IMG/VR virus record: IMGVR_UViG_3300021961_008712 | Coordinates: 1 to 64,000 of that record | Reading direction: 5' to 3' (one strand) | Source of the DNA: a virus | Length of the DNA: 64,000 nucleotides | Shown: positions 1 through 10,108 of the stretch, piece after piece | How positions within the stretch are numbered: position 1 is the stretch's first letter | How the letters are laid out: every line of letters begins with the position of its first letter | Notes under the pieces: generated by a model | Told to the model about the DNA's origin: nothing | Databases searched by the model: none | What the model saw: the letters and a program-made list of their open reading frames with translations, nothing else | Program-made: the position numbers and the translations under genes

Positions 1-207
1 ACAGAAGAAGCTGAAAGACTTAATACTACAACTACTATTGGAACTAATGTTTCTAAGACTGTAATTGGAACATCAGTCAACTTGACTGCAACAACTGTTA
101 ATACATTATTTGGTTCAAGAGTCAGATTACAGACAACCTTAACAGTAGTTGGTAGAGATTCTGGAGCTAGATTAACTATTCCTGTAACCATAACTAAAAC
201 TAACTAA
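1..207 (+). CDS. Partial (5'-truncated) Thr/Val-rich virion structural protein
   Basis: Open frame 1 reads TEEAERLNTTTT...VVGRDSGARLTIPVTITKTN* and stops at 207, 2 nt before the next ATG. Confidence 0.7.
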   Translation, partial: TEEAERLNTTTTIGTNVSKTVIGTSVNLTATTVNTLFGSRVRLQTTLTVVGRDSGARLTIPVTITKTN

Positions 208-209
208 TC

Positions 210-1256
210 ATGTCATTTAAAAGATTCGATGCAGAAGATGTAGTAGTAAGTGCAGAGTCAGTCTCTACACCAGTATGGACAGGTAATAAGACTACTCTAA
301 CAGGCTTCTATACATCATCAACACAAACCGGAGGTTCATCCGGTGACTATTACTACGATGTTTTTCAAACAGGCTCAGCACTTGACGAAGCTAGAGTACA
401 ATTCTCTCTAGCATATGGTCATAAAAAAGGATCTGGTAGCTTGTACTATAACCCTAACGTTCCTGGTAAAACTCCTTCTTCTACAATTTATGGTCAATAT
501 AGATCATTAATTCTAGGAGATGAAGATTCTGATTTCGTATTTGGAGGAGTAGCTTCTGAACAATTTTATGCTATCAGTATTGAGAGAGCTAGATTTAAAG
601 AAAAACTTTTACCTGGTACACTAACCTTGACTCTAGAACATTCTGCAAGTAACGGAAGAATTTACAGCAGAACACTTACTGACAACAGTCAGGTAGCTAG
701 TACTGTAACGTTTACAGATGCTGGTAGAGTTTACGAATTAGTTTCCGGTTCATTAGGAGTAGTCAATACTTCTTTAAATAATAATGGATATACAGTATCG
801 AAAGGTTCTTACGGAAAGATACTACCTGATATCGGAGTAGTATTACTAAACGTAAATGCTTTAAACGAATCACCTGTGAGTGGTGGTCTTAGATTTGAAG
901 CTAACGAATTATCCAACAGAATTATTTACTCAGGAAGTAAGAGTAACCTACAACAAGGATACGATTTATTTAGAAGAGGAGGAGGCTTTAGAATTCAATC
1001 AGAAGAAACTATTTCTTCTAACTTCGTATTTGTTAGAGCAAGAAACGGAGAATTTAACTACTCAACAAACCCATCTCTAATTACAGGATCAGGAGAAATA
1101 AGACACTCTGTTATGATTGATTCACCTCAATCATATGTTACTGCAGTTGGACTGTATAATGATAACAACGACCTACTTGCTGTTGCTAAGCTTTCTAGAC
1201 CTTTATTAAAGGACTTTACAAAAGAGGCATTAGTAAGAGTTAAGCTTGATTATTAA
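210..1256 (+). CDS. Tail/baseplate-associated structural protein
   Basis: C-terminal YVTAVGLYNDNNDLLAVAKLSRP motif resembles tail-collar/baseplate adaptor domains; paralog of the next ORF. Confidence 0.55.
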   Translation: MSFKRFDAEDVVVSAESVSTPVWTGNKTTLTGFYTSSTQTGGSSGDYYYDVFQTGSALDEARVQFSLAYGHKKGSGSLYYNPNVPGKTPSSTIYGQYRSLILGDEDSDFVFGGVASEQFYAISIERARFKEKLLPGTLTLTLEHSASNGRIYSRTLTDNSQVASTVTFTDAGRVYELVSGSLGVVNTSLNNNGYTVSKGSYGKILPDIGVVLLNVNALNESPVSGGLRFEANELSNRIIYSGSKSNLQQGYDLFRRGGGFRIQSEETISSNFVFVRARNGEFNYSTNPSLITGSGEIRHSVMIDSPQSYVTAVGLYNDNNDLLAVAKLSRPLLKDFTKEALVRVKLDY

Positions 1257-1259
1257 TGA

Positions 1260-2273
1260 ATGAGCGCCTTCAAAAAACTGAATCGTCAAGACGTATATGT
1301 TTCTGATTACTCTGCACGTAAACAGTGGGTTGCTAGTGGAAGTTTATTAACTACCTATAACATAGAAACACTTAGGGGCTTTTCTGGTTCTACACCAGGC
1401 TTCCCCTATCCCTCTGACTTACGTAATAACAGATACGAGAAACTTGTATACGATAGCATCAACCACGGCTACTACGCCGATGGTATTGGTGCAGGCGTGT
1501 TTAGTGGTTCTAGAGATTTATCTCTTCAAACTACATTAACAGTTAGCGGCGCTAGAGATATTAAATCTGAAGTAGGAGTTATATCAATACCTAGAGACGT
1601 ATTTGGTACTTTTGTAGTACCTAAAACTTTTGAATTTAAACCTCTATTTGAAACTGACTACGATGAATTTGTAATTGACGGATATTGTCAAGATAGATTC
1701 TCAGGAGAGGATCAATTTATAGAACATCCCAACTACTGGTATAGTTCTAATCCTATAGATACAGATGATTATCTAGCAAATGAAGATTCATACGTAGAGG
1801 AAGACTATACTGATATTGATAGAGGCCAACAGCGTATAGAAATAGTTGATGACGGTAACGGAGGATTAATTTTTTCTGGGTCAGAATTTAATTATACAGA
1901 ACCTAAAAAAATTGTTGGCGATATTATTTATAATCAAGGGCTGGCCATAATAACAGACACAGACGTTGCTAGATATTTAAGTACTTATTCTAGACATATA
2001 CTGCGATGGAAATCAAACCAACCTATTTATACATATAACGTTCATTGTAAGGTTAAAGATTCTGAAATGAATTTTACATACAACCCATCAGCACAGACAG
2101 GCTCAAATGGGGTGATAGCGAGCAACGTAACAGGAAGTATGTTCTCGCCTTATGTAACTTCGATAGGACTATATAATGATGCAAATGAATTAATAGCAAT
2201 TGCAAAGACAAATAGACCGATTCAGAAAACCCAAAACAGTGACATGACATTTGTTGTAAAATTAGACCTATAA
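1260..2273 (+). CDS. Tail/baseplate-associated structural protein (paralog of 210..1256)
   Basis: Shared N-terminus (MSxFK) and C-terminal NFTYNPS...YVTSIGLYNDANELIAIAK..RP...VVKLD. Confidence 0.55.
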   Translation: MSAFKKLNRQDVYVSDYSARKQWVASGSLLTTYNIETLRGFSGSTPGFPYPSDLRNNRYEKLVYDSINHGYYADGIGAGVFSGSRDLSLQTTLTVSGARDIKSEVGVISIPRDVFGTFVVPKTFEFKPLFETDYDEFVIDGYCQDRFSGEDQFIEHPNYWYSSNPIDTDDYLANEDSYVEEDYTDIDRGQQRIEIVDDGNGGLIFSGSEFNYTEPKKIVGDIIYNQGLAIITDTDVARYLSTYSRHILRWKSNQPIYTYNVHCKVKDSEMNFTYNPSAQTGSNGVIASNVTGSMFSPYVTSIGLYNDANELIAIAKTNRPIQKTQNSDMTFVVKLDL

Positions 2274-2908
2274 TGATAAAATTTAGAGCAAATAAGGGAC
2301 AAGCATTAACGTACGCCGAAATGGATACGAACTTAGGTTCATTCTATTACTCGAGCTCTATTGCTGGTAGCGACCTATACCTACACTATACGAGTAGTTT
2401 AAACGTCCCTGTAAACCAATCTTCACATAGAATTCCTTTATCAGTAGGTACTGTTGCGGGAACTGTATGGAATGTACAGTACAATAATAACAATAACCTA
2501 GCAGGAGCAGCAGACTTCATTTATAGCGGCTCTAAAGTAGGTATTAATACATCAGTAGAAAATTTAACCTATAACCTAGAAGTTTCCGGTAGTATTAGAG
2601 CATCCGATGGTTTACTATCAAACTCTGACGAAAGGTTAAAAGAAAATATTTATCCTATAGACAATGCATTATCGAGAGTAGGACAGATAGAAGGAGTATA
2701 CTTTAATTGGAAAGATCAACCAGAAAGACAGGTCGGGGTAATAGCCCAAAACGTACAGAAAGTCCTTCCAGAAGTTGTTTCGGAAGATAATAATTCATAC
2801 CTTTCTGTAGACTACTCTAAAATTGTTCCTCTTCTAGTTGAAGCTATTAATGAACAAAATAGCATTATAATGGATTTAGAAGAAAGAATATCTAAATTAG
2901 AAAAGTAA
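2273..2908 (+). CDS. Short tail fibre protein with peptidase S74 intramolecular chaperone domain
   Basis: SDERLKENI...FNWK...GVIAQNVQKVLPEVV...VDYSKIVPLLVEAINE followed by a coiled coil. Confidence 0.85.
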   Translation: MIKFRANKGQALTYAEMDTNLGSFYYSSSIAGSDLYLHYTSSLNVPVNQSSHRIPLSVGTVAGTVWNVQYNNNNNLAGAADFIYSGSKVGINTSVENLTYNLEVSGSIRASDGLLSNSDERLKENIYPIDNALSRVGQIEGVYFNWKDQPERQVGVIAQNVQKVLPEVVSEDNNSYLSVDYSKIVPLLVEAINEQNSIIMDLEERISKLEK

Positions 2909-2909
2909 G

Positions 2910-4817
2910 ATGGCAATCAAATTAAGAGGAGATAAAGGACAAGCATTAACACACCTAGAGTTAGATAACAACTTTAGATCCTTTTTCTATTCTGCTTCAT
3001 ATAGCGGAACATCAATTTATTTATATACTTCCGCTTCTCTTAATAACGAGATTCAACTACCTATTGCTCCTCCTGCTGGATACGATTACCATATTCAATT
3101 TAAAGAAGGTAACGAACCATCAGGTGCTAATGCCTTAGTTTCTTCTTCTGCTAACTTTTTATATGACTATAGACAATCAGCATTAAAAAATACTGGTTCT
3201 TTTTATAACGTAGGAAATGCAACAATAGATGGAGATTTAGTTGTAACAGGTACAGTTACTGCTCAAGAAATGAGAACTGAGTTCAATAATGCTTCTATAG
3301 TATTTGACTCAGGTTCAACTAAGTTTGGAAACTCATTTGATGATACGCATGCCTTTACTGGTAGTTTAGAAGTAGAAGGAAGTATAACAGGGTCAGATGC
3401 TTACATAGACGGATGGGGAAGTGTTTCTGCTTCTTTTGCCTCTAATTTAAGATTTTCTACCGATGCTTCAGCTTCCCTTGCAGCAGACATAGTAGCCAAC
3501 AGCGCTTCACTTGCAGCAGACATAACCGCTAATAGTGCTTCAGCAGCAGCTACATACCTACTTAATACAACAGATACATTTACAGGAGACTTAACGGTAA
3601 CAGGTAGAATTAATGCAGTTGAAATAAATACTACCTATGTAAGCTCTTCTATTTTATACAACTCAGGTTCAAACATCTTTGGTGATGCAGCATCAGACAA
3701 ACATATCTTTACCGGTAGTATTGTCACACAACAAGCAATAACTGGTTCTGATGTTAGAATTAACCAATGGGGTAGTGTATCAGCTTCGTTAGCAAGTATC
3801 AATACAACTATTGGAGCTCTATCAACAGACTATAATGATTTACAGAACATACCTACTGGTATAGTTTCTTCTTCAATTCAAGTTAAGAGCTTATTACCAG
3901 CATCTGTAGTTTCTGGATCAGTTCAAGTTAAGAAATTATTACCAGCATCTGTAGTTTCTGGATCAGTTTTATCTTCTCCTAACCAAGGTACAGTTAGACT
4001 AACCACTAACGGAGTATCGGGAGGAAATATTGATACCGGACTACAAACAGCAGATAGCCCTACATTTGTTGATTTAACTTTAAACGGATTTACTTCCGTA
4101 TCTTCTTCTTTAGCAGCTTTAACTGCAGGCACTATTACAATTAATAATGATGCTAATAATAGAATATTAACTGCTAATGGTGATAGTACACTCAATGGTG
4201 AAGCTAATTTAACATTTGACGGAACTACTCTTACTATTGGTAGCACAGAGTTAACTAACTATACATCTGCCAATACTGATATCGTAGGATTAGTTAACGG
4301 ATCTAATTTCGGTACAATAATCGAAGGACAAGCCAACGGACACGTAGTAGTTGGTGTTAGAGACAATGATACTAGTGATTCATTCTCAGTAATTTCTGGA
4401 GACGGAGATTATTATGCTTATGGAGCAGCCTACGACAAACTTTTATTCCAGACTAAAGCCGGTCTTACAACAGTAGGAACTAACTTAACCGTTTCTGGAT
4501 CAGTCAACGTTACAGGAGATATCACTGCATACCATACATCTGACTCTAGGTTAAAAGATAATGTTACACCTATAGCTGATGCATTAGTTAAAATAAATCA
4601 AATTGGAGGATATGAATTTGACTGGAATGGTAATTCTGAGCATAGCGGTCACGATGTTGGTGTTATTGCTCAAGAAATTGAAAAAGTGCTGCCAGAAGTA
4701 GTAGCAGAAAGAGATAATGGATATAAAGCAGTACGTTATGAAAAAATAGTCGCGTTATTAATACAAGCTGTTAAAGAGCAGCAACTTCAGATTGATGAGC
4801 TTAAAAGTAAGCTCTAG
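2910..4817 (+). CDS. Tail fibre protein with C-terminal S74 chaperone domain
   Basis: SDSRLKDNV...GVIAQEIEKVLPEVV...VRYEKIVALLIQAVKE; S/T/G-rich shaft repeats; N-terminal anchor shared with 2273. Confidence 0.85.
   Translation: MAIKLRGDKGQALTHLELDNNFRSFFYSASYSGTSIYLYTSASLNNEIQLPIAPPAGYDYHIQFKEGNEPSGANALVSSSANFLYDYRQSALKNTGSFYNVGNATIDGDLVVTGTVTAQEMRTEFNNASIVFDSGSTKFGNSFDDTHAFTGSLEVEGSITGSDAYIDGWGSVSASFASNLRFSTDASASLAADIVANSASLAADITANSASAAATYLLNTTDTFTGDLTVTGRINAVEINTTYVSSSILYNSGSNIFGDAASDKHIFTGSIVTQQAITGSDVRINQWGSVSASLASINTTIGALSTDYNDLQNIPTGIVSSSIQVKSLLPASVVSGSVQVKKLLPASVVSGSVLSSPNQGTVRLTTNGVSGGNIDTGLQTADSPTFVDLTLNGFTSVSSSLAALTAGTITINNDANNRILTANGDSTLNGEANLTFDGTTLTIGSTELTNYTSANTDIVGLVNGSNFGTIIEGQANGHVVVGVRDNDTSDSFSVISGDGDYYAYGAAYDKLLFQTKAGLTTVGTNLTVSGSVNVTGDITAYHTSDSRLKDNVTPIADALVKINQIGGYEFDWNGNSEHSGHDVGVIAQEIEKVLPEVVAERDNGYKAVRYEKIVALLIQAVKEQQLQIDELKSKL
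3879..3968 (+). repeat. 45-bp in-frame tandem duplication (QVKxLLPASVVSGSV x2)
   Basis: caagttaag(agc/aaa)ttattaccagcatctgtagtttctggatcagtt occurs twice in tandem with 2 mismatches. Confidence 0.9.
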
Positions 4818-4835
4818 CGACACAAACCTAAACAT

Positions 4836-5333
4836 ATGAACATGCCAACACTACCTACCTGGTCTTTTCAGGGTAGGCTTATAACAGATATTTCAGACAT
4901 GCCGCAAGGCACTTATGGTTTTATTTACGAAACATTACATAAGCCAACCGGCTTAAAGTATATAGGAAAAAAAGTACTATTCTTTGAGCGAAACAAAAGA
5001 CTTGGAAAAAGAGCCCTTGAAGCCTTGAGAGAGGAAAGAAAGGCAAATGGGATTGGAGGAAGAACTCCTTTAAAAGAAAAAGTGGTAACAGAATCAGATT
5101 GGAAAGATTATTATGGATCCCATCCACAAATTATAAAGTTAGTAAAAGAATCAAAAGATCTACGTGAAGATTTTGAGCGTAGAATATTAGATTTTGTACC
5201 AAATAAAAAGCTTTTAACGTATTTTGAATGTAAACACCTATTTATAAATGAAGTACTAGAGAATAGAACCAATTACATTAATGATAACGTACTTGGTAAA
5301 TTTTACAGGAAAGATTTTATACCAGAAGATTAA
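4836..5333 (+). CDS. GIY-YIG-like endonuclease
   Basis: YGFIYETLHKPTGLKYIGKK...SDWKDYYGS...E...YINDN motif set. Confidence 0.7.
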   Translation: MNMPTLPTWSFQGRLITDISDMPQGTYGFIYETLHKPTGLKYIGKKVLFFERNKRLGKRALEALREERKANGIGGRTPLKEKVVTESDWKDYYGSHPQIIKLVKESKDLREDFERRILDFVPNKKLLTYFECKHLFINEVLENRTNYINDNVLGKFYRKDFIPED

Positions 5334-5335
5334 TT

Positions 5336-6121
5336 ATGATACAGTTAAGAGAAATAGTTGGACTACCATCACTACAGTACCATTTAGACAATGGTCTCAC
5401 CTTATCTGAGAATGTCTACCGTTATAGCTCTGATGCCTTTATACAGTTATTCGCTGAGGCAAGACAAGCGTGGAGAGACGGTTATATCACACTTAATGAG
5501 CAAGATGAAGACCTTTTAGAAACCACTGACATCGGAGAGTACGGAGATTACAACGGTATGAAAGTTCCTTTAGATCTTCCAATGGTCTCTACAAAATATA
5601 ATCCACTATTCGAAATTGGCGCTCTAATTGATGAAATGATTGAGAACGAGGATACAATTGACGAAGCAGCCTCTATTGAGGAAATGATCGATTATGATCT
5701 AGTAAAAGAGTTAGTCGAATCAATTGGTGGCCAAATCGATATGGACAGATTCAGAAAAGCAGTTAAAGTGAATAACGAATCTTTTGATTATTCTGGATTT
5801 GACTTATTAAAAGCCTCAGTAGGGTATATGAACGAATCTGAATACCAAGGTAAAAAGGTTCAGTTAAATAAACCTAAAAGAGGAGGCTCTAAAAAATTCT
5901 ACGTTTACGTAAAGAATAAAAAAGGAAATGTACAGAAAGTATCATTTGGTGATACTGGTCTTTCAGTTAAATTTAAACAAAAAGGAGCAAGAGCTTCATT
6001 TGCTGCAAGACATAAATGTGATACTAAGAAAGATAAAACAAAAGCTGGCTACTGGTCTTGTAACATCGGACGTTACTGGAAATCATTAGGCGGTAGTTCT
6101 AACTTCTCAGGATACTGGTAA
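5336..6121 (+). CDS. Hypothetical protein: acidic N-terminal region plus basic C-terminal module
   Basis: After ...YMNE|SEYQGKKV comes a basic KKFYVYV...VSFG...SFAARHKC...AGYWSC module. Confidence 0.6.
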   Translation: MIQLREIVGLPSLQYHLDNGLTLSENVYRYSSDAFIQLFAEARQAWRDGYITLNEQDEDLLETTDIGEYGDYNGMKVPLDLPMVSTKYNPLFEIGALIDEMIENEDTIDEAASIEEMIDYDLVKELVESIGGQIDMDRFRKAVKVNNESFDYSGFDLLKASVGYMNESEYQGKKVQLNKPKRGGSKKFYVYVKNKKGNVQKVSFGDTGLSVKFKQKGARASFAARHKCDTKKDKTKAGYWSCNIGRYWKSLGGSSNFSGYW

Positions 6122-6249
6122 TGGCAAGAGGTCAACACTCATCCCCGCAGAGAACTAAGTACGGTAAACGTAAAAAGTCTCAAAATAAATTATTAAAGCT
6201 TTTAAAGCATAATAACTCGGTTTTAATTAAATTAAATGCGACCTTATAA
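6121..6249 (+). CDS. Small basic protein (42 aa, absent from the ORF track)
   Basis: TAATG coupling to the upstream stop; MARGQHSSPQRTKYGKRKKSQNKLLKLLKHNNSVLIKLNATL*. Confidence 0.55.
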   Translation: MARGQHSSPQRTKYGKRKKSQNKLLKLLKHNNSVLIKLNATL

Positions 6250-6490
6250 AGAAGAAGAGCAAGACGGTTTTGTTATCAGAGAATTCTCTCAAGATATTTC
6301 CCCTATAGAATTAGTATGGCATAGAGACAGGGAAGACAGAATAGTCGAAGCCCTGCATGAGACTGATTGGAAGTTTCAATTGGATAACGAATTCCCGGTC
6401 TTTATTGATAAGCTATTTATTCCTAAAGAGACGTATCACCGTCTTATAAAAGGAACAGGTAATTTAAAAGTTAAAATCACAAAGTTGTAA
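6236..6490 (+). CDS. Small cupin-like protein
   Basis: LVWHRD..D and FIPKETYHRLIKGTGNLKVKI match cupin His motifs. Confidence 0.55.
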   Translation: MRPYKEEEQDGFVIREFSQDISPIELVWHRDREDRIVEALHETDWKFQLDNEFPVFIDKLFIPKETYHRLIKGTGNLKVKITKL

Positions 6491-6640
6491 ATGGCAGCAA
6501 AATCAACAAAAGGTATTCAATTCAATACCTACAGAGTAAAATCTAAAGTATCAAGACCAGGCGTACATGCTAAAACAAAACAATCTAGCAACAAAGGGTC
6601 TAAAAATTACGTTAAGCCGTATAGAGGACAAGGAAAATAA
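6491..6640 (+). CDS. Small basic protein ending YRGQGK (49 aa, absent from the ORF track)
   Basis: MAAKSTKGIQFNTYRVKSKVSRPGVHAKTKQSSNKGSKNYVKPYRGQGK* fills the gap exactly. Confidence 0.75.
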   Translation: MAAKSTKGIQFNTYRVKSKVSRPGVHAKTKQSSNKGSKNYVKPYRGQGK

Positions 6641-6642
6641 AA

Positions 6643-7533
6643 ATGAAACCGAGCGTACATGAATTTGGCGCCCAAGGTATATACGTTATAAGTGATCCTA
6701 AAAATTTAGAGAGAAGAAAACGTTTCGTAGATAGCTGGGGCATATTTGATGACTTTAGCTACAAGTTTGTTGATGCTATTATGGGTGATGATATCGATGT
6801 AGATGCATTAATAAAAGAAGAACGTTTAAAAGAGTTTTGGTGCGGTGAAGGAGCAATATCGAAAAATATATTAGGTTGCTTCTTATCTCATAGATCTGTA
6901 TGGGAGCATATTTTAAAAACTCAAGAAAGAATTACCGAAACTAGCTACTTCCTAATTATGGAAGATGACGCTATTCCAACTGAACATTTTACTAAAGAAG
7001 CTTTTACTAACGGAGAGTTTAGAAAGGTATTAAAGTTTATTGAAAGAAACTCAGTAGACTGTTTTTGGTGGGGTAGAGCTTCTGAAAAAGTATCAGGTAA
7101 CTACTATAATAAACATATTAAGATACCTGACCCATGGCAAGGGTTTGGTGCACATGCCTATATGGTTAATCATAGTATGCTTTTAGAGCTTTTAAAATGC
7201 TCTTATCAAATCACTCACCCTGCAGACGTTTTTATAGACATAGTATGCTATAACGATAAAAGATATTTTAGTCCAAATTGGTCATATATCAGACAACACT
7301 CTCATATACTTCATACAAGATTTATGCCATTTAATCATCCTAATAGAATCTGGGGCAGTACAACTCAACCTGATTGGGAAGATTATGATACAAGGCACTA
7401 TGATGGGTTATACGAAAATGTAGCACCTGGTTTTAAAGAGTACATATCATCAGCTGAGAAGAAAAGTTTAGAAAATGGACCTACAGGTATATCGTTCAAA
7501 TTTAATCAAGTCAGTGAGAATAGTCTTTTATAA
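6643..7533 (+). CDS. Glycosyltransferase family 25-like
   Basis: IYVIS...ERR...FVDAIMG...GCFLSHRSVW...LIMEDDA...GAHAY...PAD motifs. Confidence 0.8.
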   Translation: MKPSVHEFGAQGIYVISDPKNLERRKRFVDSWGIFDDFSYKFVDAIMGDDIDVDALIKEERLKEFWCGEGAISKNILGCFLSHRSVWEHILKTQERITETSYFLIMEDDAIPTEHFTKEAFTNGEFRKVLKFIERNSVDCFWWGRASEKVSGNYYNKHIKIPDPWQGFGAHAYMVNHSMLLELLKCSYQITHPADVFIDIVCYNDKRYFSPNWSYIRQHSHILHTRFMPFNHPNRIWGSTTQPDWEDYDTRHYDGLYENVAPGFKEYISSAEKKSLENGPTGISFKFNQVSENSLL

Positions 7534-7568
7534 ACTATTTATTAATGGATAACATAACCTGATTTATA

Positions 7569-7928
7569 ATGAAGCTTTCAGATATTATTCTTAACGAAGA
7601 ACCAGGACCTAGACAAGCTACAGTGAAGCTAAGCGAGCTAACTATGGATGTACTAGCTTCTACACTTGGTAAACCCCCGTATAATCTTCCTAACACGGAT
7701 GATTCTTCTTCATCAATTTATACCGAAACTCAATTAGGGTATTGGAAATCACTTATGGAGAAAAGATATGGAGATTTTAATTTGAGAATAGATGCTGAAG
7801 CAGGGTACTGGGAGAAAGTTAAAATACTTGACGATAGGTTTATATCAGATAAGAATAGATACACAGCTGGTAAAGCAGCTTGGTTAGATAAAGAAAGACA
7901 AGCCGGAAGAACTTCTGGTTTAGATTAA
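7569..7928 (+). CDS. Hypothetical protein with MKLSDIILNE leader
   Basis: ORF track; TATTTATT upstream at 7536. Confidence 0.6.
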   Translation: MKLSDIILNEEPGPRQATVKLSELTMDVLASTLGKPPYNLPNTDDSSSSIYTETQLGYWKSLMEKRYGDFNLRIDAEAGYWEKVKILDDRFISDKNRYTAGKAAWLDKERQAGRTSGLD

Positions 7929-7933
7929 AATGT

Positions 7934-8362
7934 ATGAGACTATCACACGTCATATTAGGAGAAATACTTTACTACAATCCTGAGTTTGAAAAAGAAATTG
8001 ACAAAATAAAGGATCAAGGCGGTAAGTACCTAGGTTCAGGTGATTACGGATCAGCTTATTTACTTAACGGACGTGTCTATAAAGTAACCACAGACGAAAT
8101 AGAATTAGAACACGCCCACATCCTTAAGGGTAAAAAAACAAACAACTTTGCTTACATCTACGATGCTGAAACGTTAGGTCCTAAGTTAGGTATTATTCAA
8201 CTTGAAGTCTTAGGAGATTTCAAAGGAGAGATACCAGAAGAGTGGATCGATGCTACAGAAGCAGAAGCAGAAAGACTAGGATTAGATCCTGAAGAATTAG
8301 ATATAAGACCCTCTAATGTAATGATTAATCAAAAAAATCATTTAAAATTAGTTGATATTTAG
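7934..8362 (+). CDS. Minimal protein-kinase-like protein
   Basis: Gly loop LGSGDYGSAY, VYKVT Lys, helix-C Glu, catalytic DIRPSNVM, terminal KLVDI. Confidence 0.7.
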   Translation: MRLSHVILGEILYYNPEFEKEIDKIKDQGGKYLGSGDYGSAYLLNGRVYKVTTDEIELEHAHILKGKKTNNFAYIYDAETLGPKLGIIQLEVLGDFKGEIPEEWIDATEAEAERLGLDPEELDIRPSNVMINQKNHLKLVDI

Positions 8363-8381
8363 AAATATTTTTCTTATATTA
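8352..8381 (+). promoter_or_regulatory. TTG-N20-TATATTA promoter (Bacteroidota sigma-A-like) upstream of primase
   Basis: Same motif and spacing recur at 11956, 13051 and 24727. Confidence 0.55.
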
Positions 8382-8405
8382 CAAGTAATAGTTACGGATT
8401 AACGA

Positions 8406-9329
8406 ATGGATTATACTTTTCTATTAAGCTCTATCGAGAGAGTTCTTGGTAAGAGTCATAAGAGAGCAAGGGACAATTATGCTTTTCACTGTCCTTTTTG
8501 CAATCATAGAAAGCCAAAGCTTGAAATAAACTTGGCTACTAACGAACAAGGACATAATCCTTGGGAGTGTTGGGTATGCCAAACTCGTGGACGTACTATA
8601 CGCTCTCTTCTCAAGCAACTTAAAACTCCTAGAGATATTGCTCAAGATATACTTAAATACCTTCCGAAAGGTTCTGAAGTTGAGTATCAACAGCTATCTA
8701 TAGTAGAACTACCTAAGGAGTATCAACCATTATATAACGCTTCACATACATCGGTAGTAGCTAATATTGTAAGAAAGTATTTAAATGACAGAGGACTTAC
8801 CGAGATCGATTATCTTAAATATAGCATTGGATACTGTACAACTGGAGAATATGGAGGACGAATTATTATCCCAAGTTTTTCTGAATCCGGACAACTCAAT
8901 TTCTTTGTTGCGAGATCTTATGATGGCAATTACTTTAAGTATAAGAACCCAGAAGCTTCCAAAGACATAATCTTTTTTGAAAATTTAATAAACTGGAATG
9001 CACCTATAATTTTATGTGAGGGTGTATTTGATGCTATTGCTATTAGACGTAACGCTGTACCTCTACTAGGTAAAAGCGTGTCTAATGAACTCTATAAGAA
9101 AATATTAACAAGTGGTGTACAAGAAATTTACATTGCGTTAGATATAGATGCTCAAGATAGAGCACAGGAAATCGCAGAAAAGTTCTTAAATCAAGGTAAG
9201 AGAGTTTTCTTAGTAGAACTTCCTGATAAGGATCCTTCTGAGATGGGATTTAGAGCATTTACTAGCCATATTCAATCAGCCGAGGAATTTAATTTAAACT
9301 CCCTCCTCCGGCATAAACTACAATTATGA
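8406..9329 (+). CDS. DNA primase (Zn finger + TOPRIM)
   Basis: CPFC..H..WECWVC zinc finger; GRIIIP; KYKNP; LCEGVFDA; ALDID TOPRIM; KDPSE. Confidence 0.9.
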   Translation: MDYTFLLSSIERVLGKSHKRARDNYAFHCPFCNHRKPKLEINLATNEQGHNPWECWVCQTRGRTIRSLLKQLKTPRDIAQDILKYLPKGSEVEYQQLSIVELPKEYQPLYNASHTSVVANIVRKYLNDRGLTEIDYLKYSIGYCTTGEYGGRIIIPSFSESGQLNFFVARSYDGNYFKYKNPEASKDIIFFENLINWNAPIILCEGVFDAIAIRRNAVPLLGKSVSNELYKKILTSGVQEIYIALDIDAQDRAQEIAEKFLNQGKRVFLVELPDKDPSEMGFRAFTSHIQSAEEFNLNSLLRHKLQL

Positions 9330-10108
9330 TAAAACAAGGAATGAATATTCTCGAGCAAAACGAGAAAAAACGACTTGACTATAATCCAGACTTACAACAA
9401 ATAAACTTTCTAGATAGGAGAGTTTACAAGAGAGGCGAAGGAGTATACTATCCATCCGTAACTACTATACTCCAATACATGCCCAAGAATTCTTTTTTCG
9501 AAACTTGGTTAAAAGATGTTGGGCATAACGCCGATCTTATTATGAGAAAAGCAGGTAAAGAAGGAACACAGGTTCACGAAGCTGCAGAAAGATTGATCAA
9601 AGGAGAAGAGATTAGGTGGATGGACGATTACGGTAACGCTAAGTATTCTCAACTAGTATGGGAAATGATATTGAAGTTCTGTGAATTTTGGAGAACTCAT
9701 AAACCAGAATTAATTTCTACTGAAGACTTTGTTTGGTCTGACGAACATCAATACGCAGGTACTGCTGACTTAGTAGTTAAAATGGACGGAGAAGTTTGGT
9801 TATTAGACCTTAAAACTTCAAACAGTTTACATAAATCTTATGACTTACAGCTTGCTTCTTACGCAAAAGCTTTAGAAGAATGTAAAGGAATTAAAATAGA
9901 CCGCACAGGTATTCTTTGGTTAAAAGCTCATACAAGAAGTAAATCAACTAAGAAAGGAACTTACCAAGGTAAGGGCTGGCAAATTAAAGTAACAGACGAA
10001 ATAGATAAGAATTTTGAATTATTTAAAATGATCTATGAACTTTACAAATTAGAAAACCCAGTAACCGAACCTATTTATAATAGTTACCCTACAACATTAA
10101 AACTATGA
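9326..10108 (+). CDS. PD-(D/E)xK exonuclease (lambda-exo/Cas4-like)
   Basis: YPSVTTIL, GTQVHEA, YAGTADLV, LLDLKTS, QLASY. Confidence 0.85.
   Translation: MIKQGMNILEQNEKKRLDYNPDLQQINFLDRRVYKRGEGVYYPSVTTILQYMPKNSFFETWLKDVGHNADLIMRKAGKEGTQVHEAAERLIKGEEIRWMDDYGNAKYSQLVWEMILKFCEFWRTHKPELISTEDFVWSDEHQYAGTADLVVKMDGEVWLLDLKTSNSLHKSYDLQLASYAKALEECKGIKIDRTGILWLKAHTRSKSTKKGTYQGKGWQIKVTDEIDKNFELFKMIYELYKLENPVTEPIYNSYPTTLKL

Noticed and set aside
9326-10108. Cas4 as part of a CRISPR-Cas system
   Set aside because: No array, no other cas genes and no Fe-S Cys cluster; this is an ordinary phage exonuclease beside primase.
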